Source: Gammaproteobacteria bacterium
GTDB lineage: Bacteria; Pseudomonadota; Gammaproteobacteria; UBA4575
DNA: 64,000 nt
NCBI GenBank assembly: GCA_965222615.1
Contig: CBDCUI010000009.1
Span: 320,001-384,000, forward strand
Direction: 5' to 3'
Shown: positions 1 through 8,608 of the stretch, in pieces
Layout of the letters: every line of letters starts with the position of its first letter
Position numbering within the stretch: the stretch's first letter is position 1
The notes under the pieces: generated by a model
Databases searched by the model: none
Seen by the model: only the letters and a program-made list of their open reading frames with translations
Told to the model about the DNA's origin: nothing
Made by a program: the position numbers and the translations under genes

Positions 1-275
1 ATATCGGTAGCTTTAGAGGACCATGGAGAAATCGTGCCTAAGCGAGGAATGACTAAAATATTAAAATCATTTTGAATAATCAAAGGACTTGGAGCGTAAG
101 CAAGCAGCGCCTTTAAATGCTCAGATTCACTTTCGTTGAGTTCTTGTTCGCTTTTAATAAAGTGAAAAAATGTGGCAGAAAACGTATGTATTTTTGCAGA
201 AACACCTTGAAGTTCACGCAGTAGACTTTGGGTACGAAAATCAGATAGTGCATTGCCTCCTTCAATGATTAGCAT
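1..275 (-). CDS. purL: Phosphoribosylformylglycinamidine synthase, N-terminal part (runs off window)
   Basis: Manual translation MLIIEGGNALSDFRTQSLL...VIPRLGTISPWSSKATDI matches the PurL N-terminal signature PRxGTISPWSSKATDI; not in the ORF track because it is truncated. Confidence 0.95.
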   Translation of the reverse strand, partial: MLIIEGGNALSDFRTQSLLRELQGVSAKIHTFSATFFHFIKSEQELNESESEHLKALLAYAPSPLIIQNDFNILVIPRLGTISPWSSKATD

Positions 276-404
276 GTATTTCAGTACACCTTAATAAATA
301 TAGAGATATAGGTTGAGTGAAGGCGGGAATCATAGCGAAAACATATGGTCTAATCACCTAGTGAATTGTGCTGAATATCAGCAAATACATGTATAAAAAT
401 ATAG

Positions 405-410
405 TATAAT
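405..410 (+). promoter_or_regulatory. Probable sigma70 -10 box of ssrA
   Basis: Perfect TATAAT 11 nt upstream of the mature tmRNA 5' end; no clear -35. Confidence 0.5.
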
Positions 411-421
411 TATGCGGTTAT

Positions 422-777
422 GGGGGCGACTTGGTTTCGACGTGGATTACGAAACTAGAGGTGCATGCCGAGGATGTAGCTAGCCTCGTAAATAAAGCTG
501 CAAACATATAGTTGCAAACGATGACAACTACGCTTTAGCTGCTTAAAAACCAGTCTAATGCCGTCCGACCAGTTCAGCTTACGGTTCTGACTCGGGCGTA
601 ACCTCAGTAAGCTCGTGGTGAAGTATGCCTGATGCGGATCCATTAAAACTTTTCCAGGCTCCCCGTTATATGCCCTGTCGTTCGGGAGTGTAGCGGTTAA
701 GTTAAAGAGCGACTAAGCATGTAGTACCAACGGCAGAGGGTTCGCGGACGCGGGTTCGATTCCCGCCGCCTCCACCA
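422..777 (+). ncRNA. ssrA: tmRNA
   Basis: 5' GGGGGCGAC-TTGGTTTCGAC, 3' T-arm GCGGGTTCGATTCCCGC + CGCCTCCACCA; tag reading frame 514-546 encodes ANDDNYALAA*. Confidence 0.98.
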
Positions 778-831
778 GGTCATGTCCACTGTGGTTGAAA
801 AGACAGCAGGAGGAACACATGACCTATCATC
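766..831 (+). repeat. ssrA 3' end plus downstream hairpin element, copy 1
   Basis: Colinear, gap-free similarity to 4131-4196; 9-bp stem 777-785/817-825. Confidence 0.85.
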
Positions 832-869
832 CTATGTATGAAGTGTACTGAGCAAAGTGGACAAGTTAA

Positions 870-1769
870 TCAAGCGTTATCATACAACAATTCAGTTTGG
901 TTTGGTGTTTGATAATTCAGTGTTTGATGTAAGCGTTTACGATTATAAAAGAGTTCCATATATTCAAAGATCGCACTCCTTGCTTCATCTTGGTTTTTAA
1001 AAGTTCGATGATGAATCAATTCGTTCTTTAAGTTAGCAAAAAAGCTCTCGGCTACCGCATTATCCTAACAATCTTTCTTGCGACTCATACTCGAAAGGAT
1101 GCCATGCGCTTCAAGTAAGACGCGATAAGATTGCATCGCATAGGTTGAACCTTGGTCGGTATGGTGAATCAACCCTGGCTTAGGCTGTCGATGCGTAATC
1201 GCCATGTTCAAACAATTTTCCACGAGTTTCCCATCGTTACGATTGGACATCGACCACCCCACGACTTTGCGTGAATATAGATCAATCAACACCGCAAGAT
1301 AGAGCCAACCTTGCCTTGTCGCGATAAAAGTCACATCACCTACCCAAACTTGATTGGGTTGATCGGTGACAAAGTTGCGTTGTAACTGATTGGGGGCAAT
1401 CCAGTGACGATGCTTGGAGCGCGTAGTAATAACGAATCGCTTACGACGCTTGGCATAAATATCATGTTCACGTCGAAGTCGTGCAACTCGATCACGACCA
1501 CAATTGATACCTTCTTGTTGCAGTTGTTTCCAGCATTTCAAGATGCCGTAGCATTCTTTAGATTGACCATGGATACGGCGGATATGGACCAATAAGCGTT
1601 TGTCTTCTTCATTGCGCAGACACGGCTTGCGGGTACACCAGGCATAATAACCGGACCGACTTATTTGCAAGTGACGACACATTGCAATAATTGGAAATTG
1701 CTTTCGGTGTTGATGGATATAAGCGTACTTTACTTCACTTCTTTGGCAAAGTACGCGGCGGCCTTTTTT
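870..1769 (-). pseudogene. IS3-family transposase OrfB (DDE) with premature amber stop
   Basis: WVGDVTFI and HHTDQGSTY motifs; the frame continues after TAG at 1065-1067 as DNAVAESFF...FYNRKRLH to TGA at 870; conserved C-W-DNA reads C*DNA. Confidence 0.9.
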
Positions 1770-2029
1770 AAGATATCACGCTCCAACTTCACTTCGGCCA
1801 ATTCTTTACGAAGCTTTGCCATTTCATCACTTGGATCAATGGGCTTTCTTCCTGATCCACAAAAGGCCGCATCGCCTTTCTCTTTGAGCTGGCTTTGCCA
1901 TTTATAGAGTTGATTGCGACGTACACCGAGCTCTAGGGCTAAGTCATTTGGATTACGTTCACCTTCTTCTAATAAACGTACCGCTTCTATTTTAAATTCT
2001 TTTGTATACGTACTTCGTTTGGCCATCAT
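1730..2029 (-). CDS. IS3-family transposase OrfA (HTH)
   Basis: YTKEFKIEAV...ERDILKKAAAYFAKE, typical OrfA. Confidence 0.95.
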   Translation of the reverse strand: MMAKRSTYTKEFKIEAVRLLEEGERNPNDLALELGVRRNQLYKWQSQLKEKGDAAFCGSGRKPIDPSDEMAKLRKELAEVKLERDILKKAAAYFAKEVK

Positions 2030-2106
2030 GTCCTCCTCGGGTACTTGACCCTAGTTTATGATGTCCAGCTTTTTCAGTACACTTCAGAGCCCTTTTATAG
2101 ATAACT

Positions 2107-2116
2107 GCCTCCACCA
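2107..2116 (+). repeat. att-like direct repeat of ssrA 3' end (GCCTCCACCA)
   Basis: 10-nt identity to 768-777. Confidence 0.6.
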
Positions 2117-2352
2117 CATAGTAATTACTGCTACATCCCTACTCTATTTAAATTAAACATGAATTTGGCAGAGGGATGAAAGATCGAATGCACACTAAAA
2201 TACGTTAACTTATTGAGATTCTTAACATCACTCCATAAACTAGCTACACCAAAAACAATAAAAATAAAACCTACTCATCCATGATTAACATTGATCTGTT
2301 TGATTATATTTTGATCAACTCCTAGTTTCACAGTTATCCCTTTCATTTAGAG

Positions 2353-2376
2353 TCTGCCTCTGCCTCTGCCTCTACC
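2353..2376. repeat. Hexamer tandem repeat (TCTGCC)x3 + TCTACC
   Basis: Seen directly upstream of the aminotransferase. Confidence 0.8.
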
Positions 2377-2509
2377 TTTTCCCTGAAAAGTAGTGTGATA
2401 ACATCGCCCGTTGGGGGAAATCGATACAATTAGGCTTGCTCTCTGGTTTGTTTATCTTGAGCTTTTTATTAATTATCAGAACCGTAAATGTGTAATTACA
2501 TAGGGATAT

Positions 2510-3886
2510 TTGAAAATGACGAATGAATTAATCTCTCCACTTTCTGGACTTCGACGCCTTATCGAAACGAATCAGATGGAAGCATCCGATGTCGACTTTA
2601 TTAACGATAAGTCTTATGTCTGGTCACCACATAACAAAATCATCAACGTAACACCAGGTCCTGCCTTTGGGTCTGAATTGGTGACTCAATTTACATCTAA
2701 CCAAACAAGAGGCATGCGTGGTCCTGGTGTGGCGAAGTATTTTGCAACGGTTCGCAACGATTACGCAAAAATGGTGGATATGCAAGAAGGCGGTAGAGCT
2801 TTGTTCTACACCGGCTCAGGCACATCGGCTACTGAGGCAGCTGCAGGCTCATGTCGCACACCGGACGAAGTCGGTTCCGACAAAAAAGTCATCGTAACGT
2901 TAGAGATTGGCTGCTTTAGTAACGCCATGGGAAATTGCGTTGAAAACCTAGGCAGAGGTGTAATCCGTCTAGAAGGTGAACTTGGAGAAGACCTACCCTA
3001 TGCAAAGCTTAAAGAAGTCTTAGAGCAAGACACAGAACAAAACATCAAAATGGTGATGGCGCCGCATAACGAAACCGGTGCCGGCGTAACGACCGACCCT
3101 AAGAAGTTACGTGACCTACTAGATGAACTCAACCACCCTGCGCTACTTGTGATCGACGGCATTTCTTCCATTGGTTGCATGCCATGTTCGATGAAAGAAA
3201 TGGGCATCGACATGCTAATTGGATGTAGCCAAAAAGGTTTAATGGGTACACCCAGTATCGGCATGATTACTTTAAGTCCTAAAGCGGTGCAGAATATTCA
3301 AGAATCTGAACAACAGATAAAAGATGCAGGACTTAAGAAAGGCAATCACTATCTTAATCTTGGCAAAATGATTGAGGCCATGGATACCCTCGGTCTACAT
3401 ATCGAAACGCCAAGTAATTACTCACAATTTGCTGTGGCCTTAGATTCCATTGCGATTGAAGGCATCGATCGCGTTTGCGAGCGCCATAAAGAGTGTTCTG
3501 ATGTGTACCGCACCGCCGCTCAGGCTGCCGGCTTTGAACTGGTCGCAAAAGATCTGAATACGGCATCGAATGCAGTGACAGCCATTAAAGCACCGGAAGG
3601 TCATGGCGAGAAAGCCATTACTCAAGTACTAATGATCATGTTCTACAAACACGCCGTGGAAGCGGCCGCGATTCCGGGCTATCCTGATATGGGTTGGCGA
3701 CTATGTGCCACCGGCGGAATCCAACCGCAACATGCGTTGATGGCTTCCATCGCCTTTTTGAAATCAGCTGAGGAAGCTGGTTTACCGATTGATGCGGATA
3801 AAGGAATAGCAGCTGCATCTAAAAAGTATGCAGAGGTTGTTCAGTATCATCGCCCTCTTCCAGGAATAGATGTATACGGTAGGTAA
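2510..3886 (+). CDS. PLP-dependent class V aminotransferase (alanine/serine-glyoxylate aminotransferase-like)
   Basis: TPGP, GSGT, HNETGAG, VIDGISS and PLP-lysine motif CSQKGL. Confidence 0.85.
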   Translation: MKMTNELISPLSGLRRLIETNQMEASDVDFINDKSYVWSPHNKIINVTPGPAFGSELVTQFTSNQTRGMRGPGVAKYFATVRNDYAKMVDMQEGGRALFYTGSGTSATEAAAGSCRTPDEVGSDKKVIVTLEIGCFSNAMGNCVENLGRGVIRLEGELGEDLPYAKLKEVLEQDTEQNIKMVMAPHNETGAGVTTDPKKLRDLLDELNHPALLVIDGISSIGCMPCSMKEMGIDMLIGCSQKGLMGTPSIGMITLSPKAVQNIQESEQQIKDAGLKKGNHYLNLGKMIEAMDTLGLHIETPSNYSQFAVALDSIAIEGIDRVCERHKECSDVYRTAAQAAGFELVAKDLNTASNAVTAIKAPEGHGEKAITQVLMIMFYKHAVEAAAIPGYPDMGWRLCATGGIQPQHALMASIAFLKSAEEAGLPIDADKGIAAASKKYAEVVQYHRPLPGIDVYGR

Positions 3887-3937
3887 GTCAGTCAAAAATA
3901 TTGAAGAAGTTTAAGGAAAGTCACTATTACATTAACT

Positions 3938-3968
3938 AAAGCCGAGGACGTATGTCTTGGGCTTTTTT
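3938..3968 (+). terminator. Rho-independent terminator after the aminotransferase
   Basis: AAAGCC-GAGGAC-gtat-GTCTT-g-GGCTTT stem followed by a T run. Confidence 0.65.
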
Positions 3969-4130
3969 AATTCGTGATAGTAAAAGCTATATGGATACTC
4001 TCATCCGAAGAGGTTTATAGTGATCTAACTACAGCCAAGATATTTAAAGGTACTATTAGGGGCACGTGATTTAGCTATATTTCATGTTATATAAGGAAAA
4101 CAATTAGTTACATTTTAAGTTAAGTATCTA

Positions 4131-4196
4131 CCGCCTCCACCAAGTCTCGTCTTGTATAGTTATTTAATGAGCAGGAGTACCACGAGACTTATCATC
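4131..4196 (+). repeat. att-like repeat of ssrA 3' end (CCGCCTCCACCA) plus hairpin element, copy 2
   Basis: 12-nt identity to 766-777; 9-bp stem 4142-4150/4182-4190 with the same spacing as copy 1. Confidence 0.85.
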
Positions 4197-4316
4197 AATT
4201 TTACAAAATATAAAAATTACTTTCGAGTGAGGATATTCCATGCAAATTAATTTGTGAAGAAGCCATACAATTTACAACGATATAGTTTTAGTTAAAAAAT
4301 ATTAGCTTTTTAAAAT

Positions 4317-4745
4317 CTACCAACAATTGGCAGGTGTCTTGACACCATCTGAGTTATAGGTAAGTGCACCACAAGGGTCAGAAGCTTGAGGGCTCCCAGC
4401 GGGTGGTGTGCCCCGCAAAACATAACAGCGAGCAATTGGACAGCCAGCGGTGGGGGCATCGACTGACAAAGTATAGTAATCACCTTCGGTATTGGTTGGA
4501 AAATTAAGTCCAGTACTACCAAAAGATGTTGTATAGGTTTTGTTATTAAGAAAAAACTGTTCTTGTTGAGATGCTGCATCCGCTAGAGCGGTATGTGCTG
4601 TACTACGTCTCGTTTTTCTAGTCTGATCGGTGTACATGGGATATGCAACCGATGCGAGTATGGCAACAACTACTACTACAATCATCAGTTCGATTAGTGT
4701 AAGTCCTTTGTGTTTCGTTGAAATCGAGAAATCGCGAGCTAGCAT
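4317..4745 (-). CDS. pilE: Type IV minor pilin PilE
   Basis: Prepilin motif G/LTLIELMIVVVVVAILASVAYPMY; C-terminal DPCGALT...CW; ATG at 4745 chosen as start. Confidence 0.9.
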   Translation of the reverse strand: MLARDFSISTKHKGLTLIELMIVVVVVAILASVAYPMYTDQTRKTRRSTAHTALADAASQQEQFFLNNKTYTTSFGSTGLNFPTNTEGDYYTLSVDAPTAGCPIARCYVLRGTPPAGSPQASDPCGALTYNSDGVKTPANCW

Positions 4746-4793
4746 GTTTTCATTTTCCTGTTTAACAGTATGTTTCAAATTATATGCGCTTCT

Positions 4794-7700
4794 TTAATTG
4801 GTATATTCATGCCAATAGGTTTTAAAGCTATTTTTTCCTTCAGTCTTCATTATATTGTCAGTGGGCCCTCGGCCTTGCACTAATATATAACCATTACCAA
4901 TTATCACTGGTTGTGTTGGCAAACCGCCCGCAACAAGTTTTCCAGATCGTTCGAGCGTTTCAATGCCAGGTAAATCATTTGTTGTGTTAAAGTTAATTTT
5001 CGCGGTCGCATTTTGGACATCGACTGCATAAAGATAGCCTTCACCGTCGTTTAATGCACATGCTAATCCAACTGAAGGGACAAATGTTGTAAAGAATATT
5101 GTACCTCCCGCGGTTACTGCAGGTGATACATTTTTTTCGCCAGAAATGGTTAATTGAATTCTCCAGCCATTTGTTAAATCAGGTTGAGTACTACATGAAT
5201 CATTTTGTAAACAATTACTGGTTAAGTCCGCTAAGTCTGAGGGTTCATATAATGTAGTTGAAGGCGCTCCACTATTAATAGCACGGTCTTTAAACATATA
5301 GAACCAGTTTTCAGTAGCTGAAGCATTCGGATTTTCACGGTCACCACTTCCAATAATGATGCCGTCAAATGGGCCTATACTATCACGGCTTTGAATAATA
5401 TCTGGTAGGTTTATAAAACGTCGGTCGTTGGTAGTATCGTTGTTGCCAGTAAGATGTCTTCCTACAGATAAAACTTTATTAACTTGCCACAAAGATGGGT
5501 CCGTAGCATCAAAATTACTACCTACAAGATCTACTCGCCAGACTGCACCTCCTGTATCACCAGCATAAATCCTGTCTGTTATTCCATTTCCATTTGTATC
5601 AATTGCTGCAATATCAGCAGCGATACTGTCATTCAAATCAGGATGTGAATAACTTTTAGTACTAGAATTGTAACCTTGAGAGCCGCCTTTAACAGTTTTC
5701 CAGATTAGATCTCCCGTAAGCGCATTAACAATAAAGATCGCATTGCCTTCATCATCATTAGTACCTACTGGTTGTGGTGTAACTCGATTAGATTCATCCT
5801 TGCCTAAATCACCTTGATTATCACCATCATCATCTCCATTGTAACCGCCACCAAAAATTAATACTGGAAGCACATTCGTACCTACTGTTACCCTACCTAA
5901 CTGAGGTGTCGACCATGACTGTGCCAGTTCTGCAAAGTCAGTACCTGATGCACCTTTCATGATTGACCAGAGAAACTCTGGTGCATCAGGATCACTTATA
6001 TCTAATGCATAATAAGATTTTCCACCGCGCCGTAATCCAAAATAAGCATATACTTTGTCACCATCGGTGTGATCTAACGTCCCATCTTGGTTCACATCTA
6101 AGCGATAAGTAGTAATGTTGCCATCCACTGTGATGGGGTGAACTGGTGTGCCTGCTGTATTCGAATGCAAACGATCCATAACATCGAGAACTTCTCGAGG
6201 CATAATTGCCCACGTCTCTGATCCATCTTGTGCACCACCTGATGTAGTGTTTTTAAACATATGTAGAAAACCATCATTGGTACCCGCAAGAATTCGAATA
6301 TCTGGATTGGTTGCACTGAACCCTGATCTTGCGCCATAGTTGATGGGTTCAGGTCGAGAATGTAATGGGTCTCCTAACAACCAAGAACGCACTGTAGTGC
6401 CATCATCTTCCAGGCCACGAACAAAACGTAATATGTTGAGTGCTTTTTGTTGTTCGGCTGTAGTTGCTCCAGAATAAGTTGTGGAAGATGCTGCAGGATT
6501 CCAATTTGCAGTCAATTCTGTCCACAGGTTAGCCGCCGTTGTTGCATCTGCATTTAATTCCATTAGACCATCTGTGAGGTCAGTGACATCTTCTACAAAG
6601 AGTTGTCTTGCACCCGTGCTACTGTTTGTCTGCCCAGGATTACCCGAATCAATTCCAGGAATTTTTTGCCCTGCACCGCCTCTGCCTACTGAACGACCGT
6701 CTTTTCCTGCAACTTCATTATCAACGGGTGGAGGCAACGTTACAGCATTAGTCCAGTACGTGAGAGCATCATGTCGAATACGTCCATCCACATCGATCGC
6801 GTTCATACCTGTTACATCTTGCAACTCTCGTTTACCTGTTAATGAATTTTCACCAATCGTTAGCTTTTTAATATTGCCTTTCCACTGAGGAAATCCATTT
6901 TCTTCAGGTAAAAAGAGTGCTAAAAATACTTCATTGGCCGTTTCTGCACGATTAAATACATTTACAGGTACAGCAGGAGCTACGAATGTTGTGCTAACAC
7001 TCAAAATACTTTTAAAAATATTATTAAGTGTTGCGATTAATTCGTCTGGATCGCTACTTAAAGCAAGCGCATTACCTGTACCACCTGCATTAGCGTAGCC
7101 ATTAGTAGTTTGGTTAATTTTAGTTGGATCAACTATAAAATATGAAATAACATTCTGAAGACCCGCAATATCTGGCACTGTGCCAAAACTGCCATCACCC
7201 AAATCAGCATCTCTTAAATACCGTATTACTGTTTCAAACCTATTGTTTGTTCCACTTAAATTTATTCCTCCTAACCCACCATTTGCTGTACTTTCTGTAA
7301 TAGCACTATCAGAGTCATCCTCTTGATTGGATACTTGAAACATTAAATTAATGGTAAATATTTTGCTGCATGCCAAAACATTGGCTAATGGGCTTATATA
7401 AGTAGTTCCATTTTCAATACTCGTATCCCAACTAATTGAAGGATTATCAGTTGGTAAATTATCAATGTTGTTTGTGCCATAGTCTGTCCAACCGTTATGC
7501 GCGTTATAAACGTCTTGTCCAGTTAAGTATCTAAAGAACTCAAAAAATAACTCTTTACCTTGATAGCTATGCGCAACATTTCCAGAGGGAGTAGGAATTG
7601 CCGCAAGTTTTGTATGCAGTGCAGATTTAGCACCATTGGAATCGCTAGAATCAAAAGGAGTAAATCCACTTAATATATAACCCCCGTTACTACAACCTGT

Positions 7701-8132
7701 TTGAGAAGGTCCTTCACAGTTATTAATATGGTCATGATTAATCATGAATCCAACTCTTACACCAGTGAGTGGTTCAAATACTTTCTTAAATACACCCTGC
7801 AACACATCATAAAATGTATAAGGCCCAGTTGGAGGAAGATACCCTTCTGCAATTAACGTATCACATTCTGTGCCGTTGCATGCTGTTGCACCTAGATTAG
7901 ATCGATAATCTAAACTAAACATCACTAAAGGTTCTGCTCCACTAGGCACCGATGGATTTAGATATACGTCGGTATCATCTGCAAATCCTAAATTGCAAAC
8001 TAGAAGATAAATAAAAGCTATAAAAATAGTTTTAAACTTATATCGCTTATAATTAAGTGATATAAAATTTGTAAAGTTTGGTGTTAAATTGCTAAACATT
8101 TTGAATCCTTTCATTTGTTTTAGATTTAACAT
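4794..8132 (-). CDS. pilY1: Type IV pilus tip adhesin PilY1/PilC
   Basis: LGDPLHSRP, GTNDGFLHMF, GLRRGG.SYYALDI, DTNGNGITD Ca-binding loop, YAGDTGGAVWRVDL; position in the cluster. Confidence 0.9.
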   Translation of the reverse strand: MLNLKQMKGFKMFSNLTPNFTNFISLNYKRYKFKTIFIAFIYLLVCNLGFADDTDVYLNPSVPSGAEPLVMFSLDYRSNLGATACNGTECDTLIAEGYLPPTGPYTFYDVLQGVFKKVFEPLTGVRVGFMINHDHINNCEGPSQTGCSNGGYILSGFTPFDSSDSNGAKSALHTKLAAIPTPSGNVAHSYQGKELFFEFFRYLTGQDVYNAHNGWTDYGTNNIDNLPTDNPSISWDTSIENGTTYISPLANVLACSKIFTINLMFQVSNQEDDSDSAITESTANGGLGGINLSGTNNRFETVIRYLRDADLGDGSFGTVPDIAGLQNVISYFIVDPTKINQTTNGYANAGGTGNALALSSDPDELIATLNNIFKSILSVSTTFVAPAVPVNVFNRAETANEVFLALFLPEENGFPQWKGNIKKLTIGENSLTGKRELQDVTGMNAIDVDGRIRHDALTYWTNAVTLPPPVDNEVAGKDGRSVGRGGAGQKIPGIDSGNPGQTNSSTGARQLFVEDVTDLTDGLMELNADATTAANLWTELTANWNPAASSTTYSGATTAEQQKALNILRFVRGLEDDGTTVRSWLLGDPLHSRPEPINYGARSGFSATNPDIRILAGTNDGFLHMFKNTTSGGAQDGSETWAIMPREVLDVMDRLHSNTAGTPVHPITVDGNITTYRLDVNQDGTLDHTDGDKVYAYFGLRRGGKSYYALDISDPDAPEFLWSIMKGASGTDFAELAQSWSTPQLGRVTVGTNVLPVLIFGGGYNGDDDGDNQGDLGKDESNRVTPQPVGTNDDEGNAIFIVNALTGDLIWKTVKGGSQGYNSSTKSYSHPDLNDSIAADIAAIDTNGNGITDRIYAGDTGGAVWRVDLVGSNFDATDPSLWQVNKVLSVGRHLTGNNDTTNDRRFINLPDIIQSRDSIGPFDGIIIGSGDRENPNASATENWFYMFKDRAINSGAPSTTLYEPSDLADLTSNCLQNDSCSTQPDLTNGWRIQLTISGEKNVSPAVTAGGTIFFTTFVPSVGLACALNDGEGYLYAVDVQNATAKINFNTTNDLPGIETLERSGKLVAGGLPTQPVIIGNGYILVQGRGPTDNIMKTEGKNSFKTYWHEYTN

Positions 8133-8608
8133 TTAGGGCCTAGTAATATGTATCCTAGGGACATTGCTGATCGCCCCATACCACTATTCGTTTTTTCCAC
8201 TTCTGTGTTGATATCGAAATGAAATGCCGAAAACGCTATTAAACTACTTGCATTACGTGCACGCGGCGGGTTTTGACAGTCTGCGATCCGTGTTGCAGAG
8301 GTATTAATGTAGTCTGGGGAAGTTACTGTAAATGCATTGCCTGTAGGTGTAATAGGACTCGCTTGGTTTAAAGGCCCCAGCATTGGTAAATTACTAGTAT
8401 CCGAAACTGTAAAATCAAGTGTGGCCTGTGCAGTTTGAAATGCATTAACAATAGATTCTTCGTTACCTGCAATACGTAATGACATTACACCACTGTTAAT
8501 TGCTGACAAGCTAATTACCGTAATACTAATTAAAATTATCAAAGCGATAATCAAGACAGTGCCACGTTGCTTGTCCTTTTTCACAATATCTTTTTTAATC
8601 GCATTCAT
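8126..8608 (-). CDS. pilX: Type IV minor pilin PilX
   Basis: QRG/TVLIIALIIL prepilin without Glu5; AFQTAQA motif. Confidence 0.85.
   Translation of the reverse strand: MNAIKKDIVKKDKQRGTVLIIALIILISITVISLSAINSGVMSLRIAGNEESIVNAFQTAQATLDFTVSDTSNLPMLGPLNQASPITPTGNAFTVTSPDYINTSATRIADCQNPPRARNASSLIAFSAFHFDINTEVEKTNSGMGRSAMSLGYILLGPKC

Larger units (their letters stand above)
839..2086 (-). mobile_element. IS3-family insertion sequence (1248 bp), inactivated
   Basis: Terminal inverted repeats TGAAGTGTACTGA-N6-TGGACA at 839-863 and 2062-2086; orfA/orfB layout with A6G -1 frameshift site at 1763-1769. Confidence 0.95.

Noticed and set aside
455-643. 62-aa minus-strand ORF
   Set aside because: Antisense to the tmRNA gene; no coding features
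766-4142. ssrA-end repeats as a CRISPR array or integron attC array
   Set aside because: Only 10-12 nt, kb-scale uneven spacing, no cas or intI gene, no RYYYAAC/GTTRRRY ends
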